Shown here piece after piece: positions 40,726 through 50,464 of a stretch of DNA of 64,000 bases. Numbering within the stretch: the stretch's first letter is position 1; every line of letters begins with the position of its first letter. Position numbers and translations under genes: made by a program. The notes beneath the pieces were generated by a model. The model searched no databases. It was not told the DNA's origin and saw only the letters and a list, made by a program, of their open reading frames with translations. The stretch covers positions 1 to 64,000 of IMG/VR virus record IMGVR_UViG_3300028591_000169; one strand, written 5' to 3'. The DNA is from a virus (Duplodnaviria; Caudoviricetes).

Positions 40726-41340
40726 CTATCTACAACCACAACCAGAAGGACGAGCGCTTGTCTGAACAAACGGATTGTCGGGAGAAAGAAGGAACTTGTC
40801 CCAAAGGTCGGAAACGAGGTTCCAGTCACAAGTGGACAGGGCCATCTTCAGCGCCTCCCAGAGAACGGCGAAGTGTTCGAAGCCCGTAAGATCCGGGCAG
40901 GGATTACAGCCGTTGAACAGAGAGTTCACATAGGACATCCCTGTATTATAGAACGCCTTCCAGTCGAGAATGGCGCCAATCTTCACCTGATCGTCGTATC
41001 CGCATGGATAGTTAGGAATAGAATGAGGGAGTGTTCCGTCACAGTTGACGATGACATAGAACAGGCCATTCCTAAAAGTGGATGTCCCCATATTCATTCT
41101 TCCAAGCGCAGACTCGGCAACAGAAAGGCGGACAGCCCTTACCTTGTTGTCGTCATTCGTATTCTCATAGATGCAGACAGCCTTGCTGGACGGCATTGAA
41201 GCGGCATTCGCATTCTTATAATATTCGAGATATACCGACTTGATATACATGTTCTTGTAGATATCGACACGCTCTATCTCGCAGTCAATCAGAAGGCAAC
41301 TGTAATCATCGGATATTCGCAGCTCGTTGAAAGTAACCAT
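40726..41340 (-). CDS. Tail hub / fibre-docking protein (204 aa)
   Basis: MVTFNELRI start and CGC end, as in crAss hub proteins. Confidence 0.6.
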   Translation of the reverse strand: MVTFNELRISDDYSCLLIDCEIERVDIYKNMYIKSVYLEYYKNANAASMPSSKAVCIYENTNDDNKVRAVRLSVAESALGRMNMGTSTFRNGLFYVIVNCDGTLPHSIPNYPCGYDDQVKIGAILDWKAFYNTGMSYVNSLFNGCNPCPDLTGFEHFAVLWEALKMALSTCDWNLVSDLWDKFLLSPDNPFVQTSARPSGCGCR

Positions 41341-41356
41341 AACACATTTATTTGTC

Positions 41357-41364
41357 CAAATGTA
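41357..41364 (-). promoter_or_regulatory. Host -7 box TACATTTG upstream of the tail hub operon
   Basis: Exact TAnnTTTG, 16 nt before the ATG at 41340. Confidence 0.55.
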
Positions 41365-41402
41365 AAAAGAAAAGGAGAGTGGATTTCAACCCAAACTCCT
41401 TT
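41365..41402 (-). terminator. Intrinsic terminator after the GT-like gene
   Basis: AAGGAG...CTCCTT stem followed by TTCTTTTT on the minus strand. Confidence 0.55.
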
Positions 41403-41427
41403 ACTTACATAGAATAAAGATGTTGCT

Positions 41428-42171
41428 TTACAAGCCGTAATGTTCGCGAAGGATAGACTCCATTTCTGGCTTCCATCCCCTGAAGGAATTGGATATCCAA
41501 ATCTTCTTTTCTATCATATCCTTCAAAGTTTCCATATCTTCTTTCCGCTCCCATACCTTATACTGATAATCATTCGGCTCCTCTTCAATTACAACATAGT
41601 CAGAATCAGCAAAATAAGTATTGAAGTACAACTGTTCAACAACGCGGCTCTTGGTATCACAGTCATACTCGTCATAGATGTCAAACAACTTATCCCACTC
41701 GTACCATACAGGCAGGTGACAAACCCAGTTCATCGTGGGAAGTCTACGACCCATCAAGATTTTCTTCGTTCTGTAATTGTCTACAACCCATGCATTTGCA
41801 GAAGTGAACGAACCTTCTATCTGCATTTTTCTGACCTTCGGCTTCTTGACATCTTCCAGCGTGAAATCCCTCACTGCGTAAATATCATCACAGGTATATA
41901 TGAATCCATCCGTTTTTGGATAGGCGTTGAATACCGTCCTGAACTTATTCACATGATCGATATGCGCCCAGTAGTTTCCTTTCCCAGGCCACTTGACCCT
42001 CGGGCAGTTGATGAAGGTTATGTCATCACCGGTATCGACTATCGGATGATAATCCCCGACAACAACTATTTTGAATTCTTCCTTGAAATGCTTCCTCCAC
42101 CCGGCAACTGCGAGTTCGAGTTCCGTACCCTGTGCGTCCTTGGCGAGATACGGTATAACTACGAGTACCAT
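41428..42171 (-). CDS. GT-A fold / Stealth-like glycosyl- or phosphoglycosyl-transferase-like protein (247 aa)
   Basis: VVIPY...ELELAV...IVVVGD...GFIYTCDDIY...CHLP resembles the ELRYSLRS / FILMNDD pattern. Confidence 0.5.
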   Translation of the reverse strand: MVLVVIPYLAKDAQGTELELAVAGWRKHFKEEFKIVVVGDYHPIVDTGDDITFINCPRVKWPGKGNYWAHIDHVNKFRTVFNAYPKTDGFIYTCDDIYAVRDFTLEDVKKPKVRKMQIEGSFTSANAWVVDNYRTKKILMGRRLPTMNWVCHLPVWYEWDKLFDIYDEYDCDTKSRVVEQLYFNTYFADSDYVVIEEEPNDYQYKVWERKEDMETLKDMIEKKIWISNSFRGWKPEMESILREHYGL

Positions 42172-42180
42172 CTCTTCTAT

Positions 42181-42209
42181 AAAAGAAGGGGCGAGATCTC
42201 TCCCGCCCC
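42181..42209 (-). terminator. Intrinsic terminator after the auxiliary capsid gene
   Basis: GGGGCGGGA-GAGA-TCTCGCCCC: 9-bp stem with a GNRA loop, then TTCTTTT. Confidence 0.8.
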
Positions 42210-42242
42210 AGTCATCATATTATGTTACGTTAACCCTTTCGA

Positions 42243-43247
42243 TTAGGAAGAGGCGACGCCAGCCATCGCAGCGGCGAGGGCATCGTAGATGCCATCCGCA
42301 TCGCTGGTGGCCTGGGAACCGGAACCGGAGACCTCGCAAGCGAACTGAATCATTCGCGGGCTCTTCTGGACGTTCTCGGCGGAACCCTGCCAGAAATACT
42401 CGACGGAGACCAGGTCGTACTTCTTGGTCAGGTCGACGAGCGGAGTCGGCTCATAGTTCATCGGATACGCATAACCGCGCTTGTCATCGCCACGCTCGCC
42501 CATGGTGAACGCCTCGAGATCGGCGATGCCATAGACGCTGGGGATAACGGTGTAGCCACTAACATCACTGTCGGCAACGGTGTCGGTGCCCCAAGCGATG
42601 TCGTCGAGGTTGCCGTCGTGCAGGACGAAAGCTACGGAGAACGGATACTGCTCGTTGCTCTTCAGGCCACGGCGATACGATTGGGGAGTCTCCACGAGGA
42701 CGACACCGGCAGCGGCACCAGTGGCAGAACCAGCCTTGGCGATAGCCGGAGTGACTTCGGAGCCGTTGCTGAACACGCGGGCAATCGGGAAGTCGCGCTT
42801 CGGCAGGACAAGGGCGATAGCCTCAGCAAGAGCCTTGTGGAAGGCGGTGGCATTGGCAGTGTTGGTGGAGTTACCGACGACGGTGGCGACAACGCGGAAC
42901 GTGTCGTTCATGTCGTAGGAACCGACCTGATGGAAAGTGATGATGCAGGACAGGGTCTTGCCGACGAGATTCGCAAGGGTGACCTTGGTGGTATCGATGG
43001 CAAGCGTATGCTTCTTCAGCTTGATGTCCATGTCCGCAGCGGCAGTTTTCTTCAGGCTGACGATGTTCTTCGGATAAATAATATCCGTGCGAGTGAGCTG
43101 ACCGTCACCGTTGAAATACTTGAAGAAAACCTCGCCAGTAGCAGCGGTGCCCATCGCCAGCTCCCCAGCGGAATCAGGCTCACCGGAAGCAAGGAAATCC
43201 TTCACAACATAAAGGTTGCGAGTCTGGTAAGTGTTGAAATTTGCCAT
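42243..43247 (-). CDS. Auxiliary capsid / decoration protein (334 aa)
   Basis: NQTRNLYV-like start and EAFTMGERGD motif; strongly biased codon usage; crAss synteny. Confidence 0.75.
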   Translation of the reverse strand: MANFNTYQTRNLYVVKDFLASGEPDSAGELAMGTAATGEVFFKYFNGDGQLTRTDIIYPKNIVSLKKTAAADMDIKLKKHTLAIDTTKVTLANLVGKTLSCIITFHQVGSYDMNDTFRVVATVVGNSTNTANATAFHKALAEAIALVLPKRDFPIARVFSNGSEVTPAIAKAGSATGAAAGVVLVETPQSYRRGLKSNEQYPFSVAFVLHDGNLDDIAWGTDTVADSDVSGYTVIPSVYGIADLEAFTMGERGDDKRGYAYPMNYEPTPLVDLTKKYDLVSVEYFWQGSAENVQKSPRMIQFACEVSGSGSQATSDADGIYDALAAAMAGVASS

Positions 43248-43279
43248 AAGCTTATGAGTTATTTATTGGTTTCGATTAG

Positions 43280-43969
43280 TTAGGAAAGCCAAACTGCCTT
43301 GGCCCTTCTGACAGCCTCCTCGAGAATCGCCTGATGGAGATGCTCGTTGAGCTTGCAGGTCTTGGCCTCGCTTTCGCCTTCGATGGTAAGTCCGTCTTCC
43401 AAGTCACACAGGATGATAGGTTCAGGTTTCTTGATGTACCGCACCGTATACTTCCCGATCTCGTAGTCGCTGACGAGTTCGGAGTATCGGGAAGAATACA
43501 GGCTGCTTCCAATTTCATCGGATGCACCGTAGGCAAGACGGAGAACCTTTTCGGTATTCTGCTTCCTGAACGGGTTGCGGTATGTACGCCAAAATTCGTC
43601 CTGTGTCACCGGAGTCACAATCGCCGATTTCTCGCCGCAACCATCCACGGATATCTTGCACATCTCGAGCGTAATGAACAGGAGGTCTTCGGGCAGTTCG
43701 TACACCTTTGAATTGTCTACGATCTTGGGAGCATCGGAAGCGACATTGCAGTCTTCCTGACAGACAAGATTGGCGAGATAACTCGTCAGCTCCTCGGTCT
43801 CCTCGAAAGAATGCTTGATGCTTCCGTTGTACAGACCAATGACGACAGCGAACTCAGCTTCGGTAAGAAAAACACTCTTTTCATAGGAGTTATGACCGGG
43901 AGCCTGATTGCTGGTTATGTTCTGGTACAATAGGTCAAACCCGTTCTCCCATTCTTCGCAGTTCTTCAT
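43280..43969 (-). CDS. Ring / head-tail connector protein (229 aa)
   Basis: FDLLYQNITSNQAPG...YEKSVFLT and YIKKPEPIIL...HQAILEEAV motifs. Confidence 0.75.
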   Translation of the reverse strand: MKNCEEWENGFDLLYQNITSNQAPGHNSYEKSVFLTEAEFAVVIGLYNGSIKHSFEETEELTSYLANLVCQEDCNVASDAPKIVDNSKVYELPEDLLFITLEMCKISVDGCGEKSAIVTPVTQDEFWRTYRNPFRKQNTEKVLRLAYGASDEIGSSLYSSRYSELVSDYEIGKYTVRYIKKPEPIILCDLEDGLTIEGESEAKTCKLNEHLHQAILEEAVRRAKAVWLS

Positions 43970-44877
43970 TTGGCATTACGGTTCTTTCCGACCTCGCTCT
44001 CGAGGATGAACTTGATATCCTGATGGGACGGAAGGTTAAGATACTTGGCGGCGATGGACAGCGTCGGGTCTTCACCCATATCGCACAGCGGGGAATTGTC
44101 GGACTTCAAATAGTAGTGGTCGCCACGCTTTGAAAGAACGCCGATTTCCGTACCGCGACGGATGAGGACCTTGGCGTGAAGGAGAGGATCGGTAATCTGA
44201 GCGAGGAACTTCTTCGGGTCGTTTTCGATGAGCGAACTGATACGGGACTTGAGGAACACAGCCTTCTCGTTTGGCGAGTAAGGGCGGGCGTCAAGAAGTT
44301 CGACGAGGACACGCATGGTGTCAAGGTCGTTCTCGACTTTCATGAATTCCTTGTAGCTCTGCATCTTCGCATCCATCTTGGCGGTCTCGATGGAGTCTTC
44401 CTCGTTTTCACGGACCAGTTCGAACTGATAAGTGTTCTTAGGTCTGTCGATGCGCTCCTGAACAGAAGGGGCGATAAGGTCGCTGTTGGCAAGAAGAACC
44501 TTATACTTGATGTAATCCTCGGGATCAGCGAGGTTCAAGTGCAGGCCCTCCTTCGCATTGTCGATGCGGACCTTGTAGTCGTCCCAGAAGTTGTTCTCCT
44601 TCTTATAGACGGACAGAGCGTTGTAGTCAAGGCCAAGGGCTTCTTCAAGGAAATCCTTCTCCGCGTCAGTAAGCACATTCTTGTACTTGCCGGTGGAACG
44701 GAGAACAGGAACCACGAACACGGAATAAGCACCGTCAACACGGGAGCCGTAGGCAACATGGCTTTTCTCGAGCCCGTTGTCCTTCGGGACCCATCTGACA
44801 TAGATGCGTTCGTTCCGCAGCGGATTGACCTTGACTTCGCTCATTTCTTCTTTAGCTTTTGCAGTTTTTCTTTCCAT
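43966..44877 (-). CDS. Conserved crAss protein downstream of MCP (303 aa)
   Basis: Synteny; LNLADPEDYIKYKVLLAN motif. Confidence 0.7.
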   Translation of the reverse strand: MERKTAKAKEEMSEVKVNPLRNERIYVRWVPKDNGLEKSHVAYGSRVDGAYSVFVVPVLRSTGKYKNVLTDAEKDFLEEALGLDYNALSVYKKENNFWDDYKVRIDNAKEGLHLNLADPEDYIKYKVLLANSDLIAPSVQERIDRPKNTYQFELVRENEEDSIETAKMDAKMQSYKEFMKVENDLDTMRVLVELLDARPYSPNEKAVFLKSRISSLIENDPKKFLAQITDPLLHAKVLIRRGTEIGVLSKRGDHYYLKSDNSPLCDMGEDPTLSIAAKYLNLPSHQDIKFILESEVGKNRNAK

Positions 44878-44902
44878 AATTATCTTCTCCTATTGTTACA
44901 GA

Positions 44903-46435
44903 TTAAGCCTGAAGGATAGCGGGGATGAGGGAGACGCAACGGGTCGGATCGAGAACGACCAGACCGAGCGTAGCCTTGTAGTGGACCACCGCGGAATCCT
45001 CGTCGTAGGAAGCGAAGTTGTTGTTCGTCTCGCCCGTGAACGGGTTGGCGAACGGACCCCACTGATAACCACGAAGTTCCGGCATGCCCTTCACCACGCA
45101 CTTCTGCACATTCGGCTGGTCCTCGTCACCGGCATAGAAGATGTCGTAACGATAGGACTCGGCAGTACCGCCCAGCGGATGCATGATCTTGTTGGTCTGG
45201 AGATCGTCCTTGCTGGAATCGATCATGACGGTGACCTCAAGACCGTTGGAAGAAACCCACTTCGTGACCTGAAGGTCGGCGATGGTAGCGGCGTTGCCGT
45301 TTGTGAAGTTGGTCTCCGGGCCCTTGGTGATGTAGGACGGGGCGGAAGCAGAATAGATAGGCATCCAGCCAGACATCTCACGCTTCGCGGCCTTGGAGAA
45401 CTGATCGGCACCATGCTCACCGGTACGAACGACGAACTTGCGGTTCTTGAAGTCCAGACGACCAGCGGAAAGACCCATCAGGGCATCCGTCATGAGGTCG
45501 ATGGAGAACTTGTTGTAATACATCATGTTACCCTGAGCCTGCTGCTGGCGGAAGCCGAAGCCCTGCTCATTAGGCAGACCGGAGATACCGAAGTTGGAAA
45601 TCTCACCATTCTCGAAGCGGGTGGAGACACCGCGGTCAAGAGCATTGTTCTTGTACTCGGCCCAGGTCTTCTCGATTTCCCAAGTCACGTTGTAAATCCA
45701 GCGATCAACAGTGGTGCGCTGAATCTTGCCGTTGACTTCCTTGGTGATAGGGATGCGGCAGGCGAGACGCTTACCGAGTTCACGACCACCGATCTTGTGC
45801 TGAAGACGGACGCGGCTCCAACCCTGACGCATGGAAACGGGGGCGGAGAAGCGGACATCACCGACCTTGCGGGAGAAGTCCTTCTCGATAGGAGCGTAAG
45901 CCCAGCTGAAGCGCTCACCGGCAAGCAGACGCTCGACGGGAATACCGTTGGCCATGTGAGCACCGAACGGCTCGACAAGATAAACGGTGTTGGTGCCTTC
46001 GGCGTGACCAGCCTCCTTCACGATAACGGGATAATCTTCGTTGTAGTTGCCCCACAGAACTTCGCCGAGAGCAAACCAGTCGGTCTGGAAAACGAGATAG
46101 AAAGGTTCGAAGCCGACGCCGACATTGTCGGTGCTGATGCTCGGATCAACCTTGGTGCCGTCACAACGACGGGCTTCGACGAGCGGGATAGCCCGGCGGG
46201 AGTTGGACGCGATGTTCCAGAAGAGATCGGAGTCGTCGTCGTACTGACGCACGGGAACCTCGCGGGACAGATAGGTGTCGAGAGTCGGAAGCTGCATCTG
46301 ACTCATGAGGACAACCATGATGTCACTGGCCATCTGAGGGTTGGAGCGGAAGATGTTATAAAGGTGATTGTCCTTCGTAACGGTTCCGCGCCAAGCGGTG
46401 ATACCAGTCATAGCGTTTGTTAAAGGTCCTGGCAT
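44903..46435 (-). CDS. Major capsid protein (510 aa)
   Basis: TAWRGTVTKDNHL start, GERFSWAY, FVVRTGEHG and DPTRCVSLIPAIL end; highly biased codons. Confidence 0.9.
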   Translation of the reverse strand: MPGPLTNAMTGITAWRGTVTKDNHLYNIFRSNPQMASDIMVVLMSQMQLPTLDTYLSREVPVRQYDDDSDLFWNIASNSRRAIPLVEARRCDGTKVDPSISTDNVGVGFEPFYLVFQTDWFALGEVLWGNYNEDYPVIVKEAGHAEGTNTVYLVEPFGAHMANGIPVERLLAGERFSWAYAPIEKDFSRKVGDVRFSAPVSMRQGWSRVRLQHKIGGRELGKRLACRIPITKEVNGKIQRTTVDRWIYNVTWEIEKTWAEYKNNALDRGVSTRFENGEISNFGISGLPNEQGFGFRQQQAQGNMMYYNKFSIDLMTDALMGLSAGRLDFKNRKFVVRTGEHGADQFSKAAKREMSGWMPIYSASAPSYITKGPETNFTNGNAATIADLQVTKWVSSNGLEVTVMIDSSKDDLQTNKIMHPLGGTAESYRYDIFYAGDEDQPNVQKCVVKGMPELRGYQWGPFANPFTGETNNNFASYDEDSAVVHYKATLGLVVLDPTRCVSLIPAILQA

Positions 46436-46485
46436 AATGCTATAAAGTTTGGTTAAACAAAAGTTTTTCTAATGGCCTCCGGCTT

Positions 46486-47628
46486 CTATCCCATGTCCAC
46501 TTTCCATCCACCATCCAGCAGGTTCTCATTGCTGATACCCGTGCCGGACATGTACTTCAGTGAACCATCGGAATCGAAAGCCGAAGAGTTAATCTTTCTT
46601 TCAAGTTCACGGATGCCCTTGTTCTTCTCGGCGATTACCTGCTGTTTGGACAGACCGCTGAAATCCTTTCCGCCGTTGGTCAGGACGAACCACATCCCGA
46701 TCTGCTTGAGGAATTCCATCGGATTCTCCTTCTGGAACTTCTGAACCTGCGTGAGCAACTGACCCGTATCAGGGTCCTTGTACACCGGTTTAGATACTGC
46801 ATCGAAAACGCTCTGTCTCGTCTTCTTGTCCAGTTTGGTTTCGCCAAGAACAATGTCATCTTCAAGAATCATCTTACGGAACTTCGCCTCATCCTGCTGA
46901 CGAGCCTTCTTCATGTTCTCAGTCTTTTCCTTCGCTTCCTTCTGGATCTTGTCATAGCCATTCTGATAGAAGGTACGCAGGGCCTCAAGAGCATCTTTCG
47001 CATCCTCGATGTCGCTTCCGGACTTGAAGGACTTCTCCACTTCCTTCGTTGCCTTTTCCTGCGAATAGCCACGGTTGAGAAGGTCGTTGAAGATAAGCTG
47101 CTTACGCAGGTTCTCTCCCTGTTCGCCCTCGTCGGAAATCGCTTCATCGTTCACGGAGCCGAGATAGGCGAGCGTCTGCTCGTACATCTTCACCGTGTCA
47201 GGAGCGACTCCGTTCCCAAGAGCCTGGTCAATCCTTTTCTGCCTTTCGTCCATCTTGGACTGAATGGCCTTTTCGAAGAGCTCGCCGAATGCTTCCGGCG
47301 TAGTGACCGAAGATAATTCTTCGTCGCTGAACTCGGGAAAGATGCCATCATTCTTCAGAGCAGTGGCTATGGAAGAATAGATGGATGGAGAAGAACCATC
47401 ACCCTGGGGACTGATGGCATTTTCCTCGTGTTCCTCTTCCTGACCTACTTTCTCCGAAGAACTTTCGTTCTCCTCGGTCGGCGTTTCTTTCTGTTCCTGT
47501 TCTTCCTCCGCAGGTTCTTCATTAATTTCCTGCAAAGGTTTCGTCTCATCAAAGAGCTTCTCGGCTTCCTCCGGAGAGAGAAGTCCGCTTGCAAAATCAA
47601 AAGTAAATTCTTCCATTTTGTTCTCCAT
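46486..47628 (-). CDS. Probable scaffolding / capsid assembly protein (380 aa)
   Basis: Acidic N-terminus and coiled coils, directly upstream of MCP. Confidence 0.65.
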   Translation of the reverse strand: MENKMEEFTFDFASGLLSPEEAEKLFDETKPLQEINEEPAEEEQEQKETPTEENESSSEKVGQEEEHEENAISPQGDGSSPSIYSSIATALKNDGIFPEFSDEELSSVTTPEAFGELFEKAIQSKMDERQKRIDQALGNGVAPDTVKMYEQTLAYLGSVNDEAISDEGEQGENLRKQLIFNDLLNRGYSQEKATKEVEKSFKSGSDIEDAKDALEALRTFYQNGYDKIQKEAKEKTENMKKARQQDEAKFRKMILEDDIVLGETKLDKKTRQSVFDAVSKPVYKDPDTGQLLTQVQKFQKENPMEFLKQIGMWFVLTNGGKDFSGLSKQQVIAEKNKGIRELERKINSSAFDSDGSLKYMSGTGISNENLLDGGWKVDMG

Positions 47629-47638
47629 TTGGTTTGCA

Positions 47639-47646
47639 CAAATTTA
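47639..47646 (-). promoter_or_regulatory. Host -7 box TAAATTTG upstream of the scaffold-MCP operon
   Basis: Exact TAnnTTTG in the intergenic gap. Confidence 0.5.
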
Positions 47647-47661
47647 TCGAAAGGCGATAAT

Positions 47662-47698
47662 GAAATTACCGCCATAAGCATTTCGCTTGGCGGTAATT
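47662..47698 (-). terminator. Strong hairpin, probable terminator after the nuclease gene
   Basis: AATTACCGCC...GGCGGTAATT 10-bp inverted repeat. Confidence 0.5.
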
Positions 47699-47728
47699 AA
47701 GAATGTTATTTATTGTAAAATGAATCAG

Positions 47729-48110
47729 TTACATCCGAACGATTTCAACAGTTATTCCGTGAACAGCCTGCATCAGTTTCCACTTAAGACGAAATCCTTC
47801 TGTCAGAGGGGCCGTCTTCCCTTTTACATCAACCACGTGCTCCTTGCCTGTTTTCGTCTCAACATACACAAAATCAGCAAGATAGTGAGTCGCCTTCTGA
47901 ATAGAATACTTGACCTGCTTGGTCTTCGTCTTCAGCTGGACAGTCCGTTCTCCCCATACGGCAGGAATGATCTCATACGGCACCTGCATACGAAGGTTGG
48001 ATATCTCGCCGTTCTCCTGTAACTGTTTCAGATACAAGTAATAATTTCCTTCCTTAGTCGAGATGAATTTAATTCCATCATAGACAATCGGCTTATTATG
48101 ATACTTGCCC
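47729..48110 (-). CDS. DUF1064-like PD-(D/E)xK nuclease
   Basis: KYHNKP..YDGIKF.S..E...LRMQVPYE...YLADFVY...VVDVKG. Start placed at MGKYHN, downstream of TAACTTTG (48136-48143). Confidence 0.75.
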
Positions 48111-48140
48111 ATAGGAAATAACAATAAATAGCTTGCAAAG

Positions 48141-49361
48141 TTATTCAAGTATCTTATTGAGATTCCATCCGCTAGGGACACCACTCGGTGAATCAGCTTC
48201 CCATATTTCTGAGTCCTTAGGCACGGTTATATAGCCCCAACTCGCGACGCCATATAGCCAATTCCCAGTGCTCGTAGGTGTTTTAGTTTTAACATGACAT
48301 TCAATAGAGTGAATACTAGAACATCCATAAAACATTCTTGCAGCTGAGTTATTAGAAAATGATTCAGCCAAAATCTTCGGAGCCGTATGTAGACTTGTAC
48401 ATCCTTCAAACATGCCATAATATGCTTCGTTATTGACTTGCTTGGCTTTTAATTCCTTGGGTCCCCACTTGAGATTTGTACAATTCTTAAACATTTCCTT
48501 ATAACAACCATTAAAGGCATAATCAGAGTTAAGATTAGGCACTTCCGTCAAACCAGTGCATCCCTCAAACATACCGTGATAACAATAAGAACGAGCATAC
48601 TTGGCAGGGAGCGTAGGTACATATGTAATGTGAGTGCAACCAGCAAACATTTTGGCATAAGCCATGGCATCCAAATCCTTTAACGGCAAAACAAGTCTTT
48701 TGTCATTACGAAAATATAAGTATTGTCCAACGCCATGAAATAGTTTTGCAAATGTACATGATTCGGTGCTAAAAGAGTTATGACTTACTAAAAAATCTTC
48801 GCCGCAAATAAGTGACATAATATTACCATATACATATACAGCTTTATTCGTCTTAAAATACGACGCATAATACTCGTCATCATAATCTTCTCCGTATGAT
48901 TTATTTTTTCCTCGTATATAAAGCTTTTCGCCAGTGTTAAGTGTTGCAAGCAAAGTTTCATCTTCACTAGATTTTTTTGTTGTCCAGTTTATACAATCAG
49001 TTGAGACCTCAATTGTTCTATTGACTTCATATTCATCCTCTTCATCATCTTCATATGTTTCAGCAACAAAATAAACAGGTGTCGAATCTCCGACTGCTTC
49101 AAATGTAAGATATTCTTTCTGGGCAACGGCATCTAAGATATCATCTGCCGTAAGAGATTCGGGTTTGTTCTTAATATAATCAGGCGCATTCGGGTCACTC
49201 TGTTCCCAATCGGCCTGTGGGAAATCGACAGGAGAATCGCCTCCAGAAATATTAACCCATTCCCCATTCTGGAATTTCTTTAGCTCGGTCCCATTAAGCC
49301 ACAGATCGTTCTCATTCGGAGCACCGGGGCTCTCGACTATTCGTTCAATTACTTTTTTCAT
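48141..49361 (-). CDS. Virion fibre / receptor-binding-like protein with BspA-like leucine-rich repeats
   Basis: Short fibre-type N-terminus (QADWEQSDPNAPDYIKNKP) and about six repeats of Y..MF.GCT.L...P.L. Confidence 0.65.
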   Translation of the reverse strand: MKKVIERIVESPGAPNENDLWLNGTELKKFQNGEWVNISGGDSPVDFPQADWEQSDPNAPDYIKNKPESLTADDILDAVAQKEYLTFEAVGDSTPVYFVAETYEDDEEDEYEVNRTIEVSTDCINWTTKKSSEDETLLATLNTGEKLYIRGKNKSYGEDYDDEYYASYFKTNKAVYVYGNIMSLICGEDFLVSHNSFSTESCTFAKLFHGVGQYLYFRNDKRLVLPLKDLDAMAYAKMFAGCTHITYVPTLPAKYARSYCYHGMFEGCTGLTEVPNLNSDYAFNGCYKEMFKNCTNLKWGPKELKAKQVNNEAYYGMFEGCTSLHTAPKILAESFSNNSAARMFYGCSSIHSIECHVKTKTPTSTGNWLYGVASWGYITVPKDSEIWEADSPSGVPSGWNLNKILE

Positions 49362-49371
49362 GTTATTCAAA

Positions 49372-49818
49372 TTATTTAATGATTTTTAGAATAGGCAACC
49401 AGTATTTTCTAAATATCCATAGAAGGCTTAGAATAAGACCAGCAAGAAGCCACCAGAAAGAGTTAATCTTCATCTTCTGACCGATTGTCAACTCGCGCTC
49501 GACCTTCTTTTCTATGGTAGTCGTATCATGAACTTCGCGGATGCTTATGCTGTCACGCCAGCGATCACGGAAGACATATCTGTCTTTGTACTTCTCAATA
49601 TAGACCGTATCGCCTTTCAACCATTCACGGATGTAAATAGAATCGCGTGTAATCAGCGTATCACGATGATGGACATCTTGATAGACATACTCCACCTTTA
49701 TCTTTTCTGCGATCTCAGGGGAACAACCGGGGAGAGCCTGAAACGAACACAATAAAATAAACACTAATAAAATACTAATGCCTCTCCCCGGCTTCCCTAA
49801 GTGCAGGCTATTGTCCAT
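49372..49818 (-). CDS. Spanin-like lipoprotein (possible unimolecular spanin)
   Basis: Hydrophobic N-terminus ending in ALPGC, beta-rich middle (DTLITRDSIYIRE), C-terminal TM helix; lies in the lysis cassette. Confidence 0.6.
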   Translation of the reverse strand: MDNSLHLGKPGRGISILLVFILLCSFQALPGCSPEIAEKIKVEYVYQDVHHRDTLITRDSIYIREWLKGDTVYIEKYKDRYVFRDRWRDSISIREVHDTTTIEKKVERELTIGQKMKINSFWWLLAGLILSLLWIFRKYWLPILKIIK

Positions 49819-49919
49819 CCTTCAAAACCTAAATTGACAGATGCAAATTCGTATGCGGCGGCGTAATCTTCGTATGGCCCGAAGCATCTCTCATCACTTG
49901 TAATCACCCAGTAGTTCAT
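49797..49919 (-). CDS. Mini-ORF (40 aa, MNYWVITSDERCFGPY...)
   Basis: ATGA overlap with the HNH gene stop; not in the ORF track. Confidence 0.4.
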   Translation of the reverse strand: MNYWVITSDERCFGPYEDYAAAYEFASVNLGFEGWTIACT

Positions 49920-50464
49920 GCCATCACAGAAGAATAAAACGCAAAACCATATCCGCCAGTAGTCTTCATCTTATTATTACAACAACGAGATATACTTGAC
50001 GAATTCAACCCAGTCTTCCTTGCGGCTTCTCTTGCAGAGCCATAAATTTCAACAAGATTGCCTAAAGAGTCATATTGCGCGACAGCCTTCCTACTCGGAT
50101 AAGTTGCTCTTAAAGTTTCGACTGAACGAGAATGCGTTGTCCCATAAAGCAGATTATCGCGGACACTACACCACTCAAGATTATCTACGCTATTATTCTT
50201 TCTATCGTGATCAAGATGATTGACCTGAGGAAGATTATCGGTATTATCCAAAAAAGCATCGGCAACCAAACGATGTATATAAAACAATTTTCGTTTCCCC
50301 TCTCCATCGCACAAGGCAATGGAAAGATATCCATGGCCATTATCATTAGGAACGAGATTCCTAATATGATTACCGCCATTGTACCGAAGGCTTCTTATAT
50401 TACCAAGACTACTAATCTGGTATTTACCTTCGTATCCAACTATATCTTTCCAAATCTCGCTCAC
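49916..50464 (-). CDS. NUMOD4-HNH homing endonuclease with C-terminal NUMOD1/IENR1-like domain
   Basis: EIWKDIVGYEGKYQISSLGNIRS, YIHRLVADAF, QVNHLDHDRKNNSVDNLEW, SAREAARKTG...ISRCC. Confidence 0.92.
   Translation of the reverse strand: MSEIWKDIVGYEGKYQISSLGNIRSLRYNGGNHIRNLVPNDNGHGYLSIALCDGEGKRKLFYIHRLVADAFLDNTDNLPQVNHLDHDRKNNSVDNLEWCSVRDNLLYGTTHSRSVETLRATYPSRKAVAQYDSLGNLVEIYGSAREAARKTGLNSSSISRCCNNKMKTTGGYGFAFYSSVMA

Noticed and set aside
44804-46423. Long plus-strand ORFs antisense to real genes (539 aa here; also 15813-16850, 21934-22950, 35725-37053, 41440-42246, 56684-57889)
   Set aside because: They mirror well-supported minus-strand genes with biased codon usage and show no independent motifs; treated as shadow ORFs.
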